From Octopus vulgaris (Eukaryota): a DNA stretch of 64,000 nucleotides. Under the pieces are notes generated by a model. That model made no database searches and was not told the DNA's origin. It saw nothing but the letters and a program-made list of their open reading frames with translations. The stretch is from positions 55,242,001 to 55,306,000 of the forward strand of contig OX597821.1 of NCBI GenBank assembly GCA_951406725.2. Direction: 5' to 3'. Below are positions 54,161-64,000 of this stretch, piece by piece (position 1 is the first letter of the stretch; each line of letters begins with the position of its first letter). The translations under genes were made by a program, and so were the position numbers.

Positions 54161-54332
54161 CTAATAAAATATTTTACTCATTTCATCTATTTTATCAATG
54201 CTCCAACTGCCACTTCAAAGTTCCTGCAATAAATCTACTGATAACAACAGGTAATTGATACAGCGCCGGTGATTAACTCATCATCTATTTTTACATTTTA
54301 TTTATTTTGTCCATATATATATATATATATAA

Positions 54333-54776
<444 letters not shown>

Positions 54777-54779
54777 CTT

Positions 54780-54965
54780 TAGCTGTAGAAATAAATTGCG
54801 ATGCTATTGGGGCCAAGCTATGTTGCCTTTTTCCTTTCCCTCGGATAACATCAGTGGCGTGGAAAAGAGAGGCTAGTATGCATGAATAACTGGTTGTCTT
54901 CCAAAAACAACCTTGCCCGGACTTGTACCTCAGTGGGCTACTTTCTAAGTGTAAGCTTATGGTCA
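54780..54965 (+). mobile_element. Older partial copy of the 54333 SINE in inverted orientation
   Basis: agctgtagaaat..gccaagct..ggataaca..tggcgtgga..aaaaacaaccttgccc. Confidence 0.8.
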
Positions 54966-55434
54966 TATATACCTCTGTATATACATACAAAGAAACATAC
55001 ATATACACAGTTACACACACGTGTATGCATACGTATACACAATATATATAATTTATATATATACATATATAATGTATATCTATCTGTCTATGTATCTATC
55101 TACATATATATATGTATATATATGTGTGTGTGTGTGTGTATGTGATTGTATGTGTGTGCATATGCACATATTCATGTCTATATACATAAAACTTATATGC
55201 GTGTAGAATTTAATGTTACAAATTGGATGTCTGTATTAACTCCTTCAAAATGAAATGAAGTAGCATAGTTGATAATCTCTAATCAATTATGCCACTTAGA
55301 CAGTTTGCAAACTTCAGCTCAAATAATCTAGTGATTAATAAAGCTTGCAGACGATACACTGACGTTAAGATTAATACTGGAATTATTCACAATTTTCTAA
55401 TTCTTCCTGTGTCTTTTTACATTTAAATATACTT

Positions 55435-56390
55435 GCTGGCAGAGTCATTAGCTCGCTGGGCAAAATGCTGAGCAGCATTGCGTCTGTCTTTAAGTTCTGA
55501 TTTCAAATTCCCTCAAGGTCGACTTTGCTTTCGGAAATTATTAGCCCTCTGCCCAAAATTTCAAAGCATTATTATCATTATTATTATTATGGTGATTCCG
55601 CCGAGGTCGACTTTGCCTTTCATCATTTAGTATCAATAAGTTAAGTACCAGTGAAACACTGGGATTTGTGTATTCGACTCATACCCTCCTCCAAAATGGC
55701 TGCCCTTATGGCAAAATTTGAAACCATTATTACGATGAGGATTAAGGCAGCGAGCTGGCAGAGTCGTTAGCACGCCGGGCAAAATGCTTTGTGACATTTC
55801 ATCCGTCTTTACACCGGGGTCGACTTTACTTTTCATCCATTCGGGGTCGATAAATTAAGTAATAATGAAACACTCGGGTGAATGTAATCGACTAGTTCCC
55901 TCCCCCAAAATTTCAGGTCTTGTACCTATAGTAGAAAGGATTATTTTTATGATAATTAAGGATTACTTTTATGATGAATAAAGCTGGGAGAATAGTTAGA
56001 ATACTAGGCAAAATACAAATTCCGCTGAGGTCGATTTATCCTTCATCATTTCGGTGTTGATAAAATAAATATTATTTATGTACTGGGGTCGACGTAATCG
56101 ACTTATCCCCTCCCCCAAATTTTCTGGCGTTGTGCCAAAATATGAAATCAGTATTTTAACCATAGTTATAAGGCGGCAAACTGGCAGAGTTTTCAGCAAG
56201 CCGGGCAAAATGTTTCTCGGCATTTCCTCTGTCTTTACGCTCTGGCTTCAAATTCCGCTGCGATCGACTTTATCTTTCATCCTTTCAAAGTCAATAAAAT
56301 ATGTACTAGTAGAGCATCGGGGTCGATGTGATCGACTTGCCCTTCACTCGAAATTGCTAGTCTTGTGCCAACTATTTGAGACCAATATTT
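55435..56390 (+). mobile_element. Head-to-tail cluster of ~5 Deu/Nin-like SINE copies
   Basis: Repeated ggtcgactttgcctttcatc blocks with (ATT)-rich spacers. Confidence 0.85.
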
Positions 56391-57930
56391 TAGCCATATT
56401 AGGAAGCAATTACATCTGCTTACAGTAAGATTAGCAAATGTTTACTAAACAATGTAAGACCCTTGATGTTGGTGACTCATCCGACCAAGTATAACTAAAT
56501 CTTTCTTTCTTCCTCTCTCTGAAAATACTCTGAGGGTCTTTCAAACGTATTTCGATAATATAGTCTGAGAAACCTTAATTGAAAATATTGTATGGTCATG
56601 CATCGAATGTCTTTCATCAAAGCTTTTCTCGATGAGAGTAACCTGCAGCTAAGCAACATTAACAACTATGGCATTAAAAAGCACATTTTCGCTTTTACAA
56701 GCCAAGAAATGTTGATTTCATACGAGATCCTGCCACAGTGTTTACAAAGTATGTGTGTGTGTGGAAGTGTGGTTAGGTCATGACTTGATAATGATTTTCG
56801 TTGAAATCTAAATTTAACAAGCTTTTGTTTCGTAATCTAAAGAAAATCAATGCCAGTCTTCTTATGGACATCTCCATTATCTGATGACATAACTGGCAGT
56901 TCTTGATCTTTTTAAGTATAAACAAATACTGGTGGCGAACATCAAACAATGCTTTCATTTCTCTGTGGAAAGCAGATATCACATACTCAATAAAAGCAAA
57001 ATTTCGTTATGGTTATGAAACAAATGATATTCATCCTTATTCAATACAACTATGAGTGAACATTTGTGGAAAGATATGGTTTTTGTAAAAGGCTGGGTTA
57101 CAGAAGTGGGTCACCTAATTTGGATTAATTATTACTAAAAACAGAAGTCCGACCTTTAGGTTATTTCCTACACCTTTTGACTTTAACGTGATTTAATTTG
57201 CCTGTGGCTGTGTATTATAAAAACTGACCAGGTTTTATCATGATACTGCACAAACAAAATTGTTTTATACTGAGTTTGTGAACTTACCTGGGTGTGTAGC
57301 ACTCACCAAGAACACTCATATCTACACTTTCTTATTAAAGCAATGTATAAAAGTCATAAGTAATATAATAGAGAGGAAGTAACGAATGTTTACTCTAAGA
57401 AAGAAATAACAAAGACATAAAGAGATTATATTCATGATAATCTTGTAAACGAGGGGGGTATGTCTCTCATATCACACAATTTTAGGTATAGAAACGATGT
57501 GAATGAAAATGAACTGCATAACATTTCTTTCTTTAAATGAGAATTACCGAAAATAATTAAGCAGGAAATGTATTTATGCTGCTTATAATCAACATGCTTT
57601 TTTGGCACAGTATTAAAAATATAAAAATTCTTAAGAACCGGGAGGCACATTTAGAATTCGCTATCGTAAATATACAACATCTAGATGGTAAAGATATGCA
57701 AAATTTATGCGTAGAAGAATAAATTCTATTTTGGCTTCAGCTTCCGATTAAAACGATATTCCGTTCACTCAACGTAACAAACACTCAAACAAAACACAAG
57801 TATATATTACTCAATGACACCCAATGCAAGCTTATGTATGTATTTATTTGTGTGTGTATATGCATATACACACACCTACATATATACATACGCGCATGCA
57901 TGCATAAATTTACATACACATACTTGTTTG

Positions 57931-58006
<76 letters not shown>

Positions 58007-58018
58007 TGTATGTATGTA

Positions 58019-58055
<37 letters not shown>

Positions 58056-58105
58056 AAAATATATATATAAGGAATATATATATAGAGATAGATAGATAGA
58101 TAGAT

Positions 58106-58155
<50 letters not shown>

Positions 58156-59367
58156 GGATATATAGATAGATAGATATAGATAGATAGACTGATAAATTGA
58201 TAGATAGATATAAATATACATACATATATATACGTATATATATATATACATTCATTCATTCATACATACATATATACATACATGCATACATACATAAATA
58301 CCTGCATTCATATATGCACCCATACATACATGCCATCGCATATACACATAAAAACATGTATTTAAGAATTTTTTCTCCCCATGCTTTATGAATTTATCTT
58401 ATTTCCTCTTGTGATTTCTTGAGGTATATTAATACTGTAAAACCATAACTGCTTTTCGGGAATTAATGCCTTGTCTACGATCCCAAGTAAAAATAGCTAA
58501 CCACCGTTAATAGCATTTGTTTCAGTTGAACAATGTCTATAGAATAGCTCTTTGGTAAATGTAAAAATTGGAATATCGGATAATCTAAAGTGATAGTTGC
58601 GCAAATGTTCCAAATAAGGAAACAAGAATATAACTAAGAACATATTTTCGATTTTACATTACACACTCATACACACATACACATGCACTCATAAGCAGAC
58701 AAACGTACACACAGCAGACATGCGTGTGCATACGAAGATGCATGCGCACAGTACACGTCTCCCGAAAAGTGAGGTGTGTCGAGCTAAATAAATAAAACGT
58801 CGTTATTTCTATTAAAATCAGACGTGAATCATAGCGTATATGGCCGAGCGTCGGAAAAAAATATTCTACAGCAGCTTATACATCAGTTTAGCCATGTTGT
58901 TCGGTTATTTTATAGGGTTAGGATCCTGTTGTATCAGAAATGTGATCCCTTCTTTTATGTGTGTATAGTATTCTTCAAATAACAATCTTGTGAGAGTATT
59001 TTTCAAACAAGCCTTGGGTGGCTGTAAAGCAAAATTGATATCAATAAGAATGGAAGTAAGTTCGTAGAATACAGTAACTAAATATTGGTGCCACTTTTCA
59101 ATTAGTACGGTACTCTATTGATTCGATAATCTATGGCTTGATATCGATTTCGAAAATAGACACAAAATCACACATTTTATAAGAGAATTTAATCGGTGCA
59201 AATTTTAAATTTGGATGGAAGATTGGTAACGTATACGTCATTGCTAAACTCAAGGATGAAACGTATAGGAGATTTTATCGATCTCAGTAATTTATTCGTA
59301 CTTTATTTTATCCATATCACTGCCGACAGAGTATCTTCTCCGATGCTTTATCAAATCTACCAATTTA

Positions 59368-59382
59368 ATAATAATAATAATA

Positions 59383-59451
<69 letters not shown>

Positions 59452-59544
59452 TTGCCTAGGAGTCGGGATTTGCCCTAGGAGTAATAATTTGCCTAAGTAA
59501 TAACTCGGCAAGAAATGGAAGCAAATTTGAAAGAAGAAAAAAAA

Positions 59545-59584
<40 letters not shown>

Positions 59585-59605
59585 TGATATTAAAAATTAT
59601 TATTA

Positions 59606-59636
<31 letters not shown>

Positions 59637-59639
59637 AAT
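59368..59639. repeat. (AAT)n and (ATT)n microsatellites enclosing a ~95 bp non-repetitive insert
   Basis: Directly visible. Confidence 0.9.
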
Positions 59640-59940
59640 TTGCCTGATGCAGTACCAGACAGTGGCTTCTGACTGGATTAATAACCTTAACCAGTTGAGC
59701 ATGTCACTTAGTGGCTGATGATATATACACCTATGATTAGAAGTAGTAACAGAACATCATAGATATGTGTTGAGAGGAATTCGTTGGGATTTGGATTATT
59801 CACTTTTGGAAACATGGGTGTTTTGTTCAACATCCTTAAACAGCTCTTATTCATGGACCTTTTGAGCAGGATGGGCTACTCAACCTGAAGAAAATTCTAT
59901 CTGGGTCCGACCTGCAAGGTCATGTGCTGTTTATCATGTG
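59640..59940 (+). mobile_element. Deleted copy of the 8026-8580 repeat
   Basis: cctgatgcagtaccagacagtggct...ggatgggctactc..aaaattctatctggg matches the reverse complement of 8170-8578. Confidence 0.8.
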
Positions 59941-60475
59941 CTGATAGATTGGATAAATAATTGTCACTGTCTTTTCACTAACTGTTCGTCGCTTGTGCTA
60001 GCAATGTTAGTGTAAGAAGAATGGCAGCATTAAAATGAGATCGAGAACATAGAGGGGTCTTGTATATTGAATTGATAAAAAAAACAGTGAAGGTATTGGT
60101 ACAGAGAAAGAAATCCAGAGTTTTGGTAGAGATACACAAGCCGCTAGAAGACACCAAACAGCTGTAGACTCAACGGAGGGATCTGGATGAAAGTCAATTT
60201 ATTGTTAATAACCATTTGAGATTCGTGAAAAGAAGGACATGGTTTCTGAGTCAGTTTAGGTGACCTATTGTATAGTATTTTGAACACAAACAGACGGAGA
60301 AAATACATCTATTCTATAACTTATGCCTTCAACATGTCCTACTGTATAAATTGACAACAAATATTGTCTCTCATTTATGCAACTGTACATAATTCTCCAC
60401 ATACACACACATAGCACGCAAAAGCGTGCACATATTGATGCGCACACACATGCGTACAAGCACACACACACGGGG

Positions 60476-60509
<34 letters not shown>

Positions 60510-60547
60510 CACGTAAAGGTATGATATATATATATATATATAAATTA

Positions 60548-60745
60548 TTTACAGTCATTAGACTTCAGCCATGCCGGGGAACGGGTACCACATTAAAAAA
60601 CTTTTAGTCGAATGACTAGACTTACCTTTTTCGTTTAGTACTTATTTTATCGGTCTCTTTCACGAACCGCTAGATAATGGGGACGTAAACACGCCAAGAC
60701 CAATTGTCAAACGGTGGTGAGGAGAAGCACTGACACAAAGACACA
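60548..60745 (-). mobile_element. SINE 3' part
   Basis: Homologous to the 19066 and 29503 copies. Confidence 0.7.
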
Positions 60746-60758
60746 CACACACACACAC

Positions 60759-60831
<73 letters not shown>

Positions 60832-62195
60832 AATCTCAACTTCAATTTTCACCACTTCTGTTATATACTTTTTAATTTCCTGCAATTTCTTATCTTCGAC
60901 ATAGTTGTTCTTATACCCTTTACTATTTCACTTTTCCCATCCATCTACAATATATTTTTTCACAAAGGTTTCGATTCATCTATTGTTTATAATATATATA
61001 TATTACTTCGGTACGGTAATGCACCATTTGCATCCACTTGTACAACAACTGTTTTCTTTTAAAGATTAGTTGCTGAATGAGTAATAAAGGCTTATTCGTT
61101 GAAGTGATAATATTAACGCTTACACATACAATTTAGAAAAGTTTTCATCAGTCTTTGTTATCACGAATATCTGAAGAATGGTAACACGAAACTGAGTAAA
61201 ATTATGTGATGTCTTTCTTCGGCATCAATAAGATAATACCTTACTCTACTGTTGGTATTCGAATACTTTTCCACCGTTTTCACCTATGTGCTTACATATA
61301 TTTGTGTGCCTGTGAGTATCTGTGCATGAATGTGTCTGTGTGTATATGTGTGTGTGCGCGCACATTTGATTATTTCGCTTAGTCACAACTTCTTACTATT
61401 ACTCAATCCAGATATATATTTCAGAACAAAGCATCAGATACAAACAGAGCAATAATATGAAATTGAAATAAAAAAGGAATAAGAAATTATGTCACGAAAT
61501 TCATTAGCTTACAACTGTTTCATTCATAGTTGAATACTTGTGTATCACCCAATAGCTTCATCAGAGCTTCAAATATGTCATGCAGTTTTATTTGGGCAAG
61601 CATTTACATTTATATATATTCAGAAAATCATTACCAGCGAAGAAAACGTAAACGTAGGAAACGAGTTGAGGAATTCGAGGAGGATAACATTAAGTTTTAT
61701 CAATATATGTGAGTGTGTGTGTGCGTGTATAAGGATAGGTATATGAAAACTTCCCTTGAAAAGAAGTAAAAGGAAGGGAGAAAGCATGTAAAAATATGTA
61801 GTAGGAATAAAGATACACTGGAAGTACAGAATCCAAGACAATGAGAAAAAACACAAAAAGTAAAGAGAAAAAGACAGACCAAAATGAGAAAAGGCGGAAC
61901 AGAAAAAGCCTTTATAAAGGTCAACAAAGATATTTTTTTACATAAGTGGCTTAGCCAGATTGACAATTTGCGATTATGAAGCCGAAATATATGGGGGTAG
62001 AAGACGGGAGTTGAATGGGGAATGTGCAACAGATTACATTATGTGAGTGGCTATATAAATGTAGACAGACAGAGAGAGAGAGAGAAAGAGAGAGGTGAGA
62101 GAATGCAGCGATATTGACTATACATACAATAACACATACAGTGACAGACACACGCTCAGACATACACACATATATATATATACACATACACATAA

Positions 62196-62239
<44 letters not shown>

Positions 62240-62744
62240 GTATATAAATCATATATATATGTATATAAATCATATATATATATATAAGCATATATATATA
62301 TGCATATATGTGTACAAGATGTCGCCAACAACAAACAAAATGAAATACGAAAACAAATGAGTTAAATACGCAAACAACGAGAGAAAAAATTGAAAACAAG
62401 ACAAGTAACACAAAAAATGACCCTTCGCTTTTTCTCGGCTGTCTATCTACTCCTCATTTCGAGCACTGAACGACAATACGAGTCTTCGAAGACAGTTGCT
62501 CCCATTCTGGATTTATGGAGGGTCAAAGTTGGGAACAAAAACAGGACAGTGGAGACATACAAGGAAACCGAACTAAAACAAACATGGAGGTTTGGTAGAC
62601 CAGAACGACTGTAAAATAGGTAACGCTGGAGAAATATTTTGTTTGAAAAGAGAAAAGATAAAAGACGTCCAGTCGTTAGGACGTCCTGAAGGAAAAGAAA
62701 TATGGTGACATACGGAAGAGAAAGATGGACGATGGTCAAGTGTG

Positions 62745-63655
62745 AGAAATGTAAAGAAGGGATCACCACACAGGAGAGAATTAACAAGGAGAATCTCTTT
62801 ATTGAAAAATTCCAAACACAACTTAATATGCAAACTCCTCGTTGATCAAACTTCCTTTTTCTACCTCACTCTTCATGGATGGACTAACACAAATATATAA
62901 AGATACCATGCATTCATCACTTCAAGCTAAAACTTATATTCTTTAAATATCATTTTTACTATTGTTGTTATTACTATCATTTTTATTATAAATGATATGA
63001 CAATCTGAAATGCAATTGTCTATGCAGATTTATATAATTAGAAAATAATATAAATAAAGTGTTAAAATCTGAAAGTTAAGTTAACAAGCAATTATATAAA
63101 AAAAGATAACGCAAATGAAGCTAAAATGATAATTTTATAATTTGGATTTTACCAACAGCCCTTATTGAAGAACTCAAAAGAGTTGTCTCCCCTTACTCAC
63201 AACACAGGAACTGAAGAACCACAATTACTACTACTTCCTGTCCTGCCAACATCCTGAATTAAACCAAACAACACATGCTCTTAATCCCTTTGGATCCTAA
63301 TACCTCAAGGTAATTTTTTCGTGAACAATCATTAAACTCAAGATACACAACGAACTCACAATGTATCGGAGTACTTATTTTTTAATTTTTGTACATTTTT
63401 ATCATTATTCTTTTGCAAAAAACAATGCAATTTTCTTTTTTCCCCTTTCTAATTTTTAAAAAACTTTTTAAACATAAATATTCTTGACAAGTCATACAAT
63501 GACGAAAACCGGTTGAATAAATATATATTTATATATTTTATCAATTTCTCATTTTATTAAAATTTTCTTTCATTTGAGCATTCTGCATTTTTAAAAAAAT
63601 TTTCCTTACTTATCATTTCTCCACGTGCGGTCAACACAACCCCACCATTTATTGA

Positions 63656-63658
<3 letters not shown>
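62745..63658 (+). mobile_element. Neptune-like PLE 3' end (GIY-YIG C-terminus plus pLTR) ending at (TA)n
   Basis: CKEGITTQERINKENLFIEKFQTQLN (R..KE..FI.KF...LN motif), followed by an HHR at 63479. Confidence 0.7.
63479..63519 (+). ncRNA. Type I hammerhead motif with U3-A8 core
   Basis: tattc-TTGACAA-gtcat-aca-atgac-GAAA(A)-CCGG-TT-gaata. Stems I and II are perfect 5 bp; there is one extra A. Confidence 0.72.
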
Positions 63659-63710
<52 letters not shown>

Positions 63711-63712
63711 AC

Positions 63713-63743
<31 letters not shown>

Positions 63744-64000
63744 TAGATTTTTATATTTGTACGTGTATGTGTATGGGTGTGTGTATAAAGGTGATCAAAT
63801 TTAGATATATATGTATATATCCGCATATACGTTAACATGTATATTTGTAGGTACGTATATTTCTATTCCTTTGCATCTGTCTAACTGCATGTATTTCAGT
63901 GTATCTATAAGTGTGTGTTCCTCTGTGCATGTGCATGTTTATGTAGATCTGTAATTATGTATATATCGTTGTGTATATATGTATACATTTCTTTATATAT

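Overview
AT-rich, microsatellite-saturated eukaryotic DNA, intergenic or intronic. The SINE families and (TA)n/(GATA)n/(AAT)n density suggest a cephalopod such as Octopus (inference). I recognise no host protein-coding exon, and most ORFs in the track are microsatellite translations. The window is a mosaic of mobile elements: Tc1/mariner remnants, including a full-length Tc1 and a DD41D copy with an internal inversion; R4/Dong-like and CR1-like LINEs; several tRNA-derived SINE families; non-autonomous Helitrons; and at least seven Penelope-like element (PLE) remnants of Nematis and Neptune type. The main unannotated signal is RNA-level. By eye I find about 15-19 minimal type I hammerhead ribozyme (HHR) motifs. 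They occur (i) in PLE 3' pLTRs, (ii) in a family of ~190-200 bp non-coding units inserted in (TA)n/(TG)n tracts, and (iii) in fold-back elements carrying one HHR per strand. Some have non-canonical cores: A6U is shared by three copies and a compensatory U3-A8 pair occurs in two. All calls are manual, boundaries are approximate, and no ribozyme activity is demonstrated.
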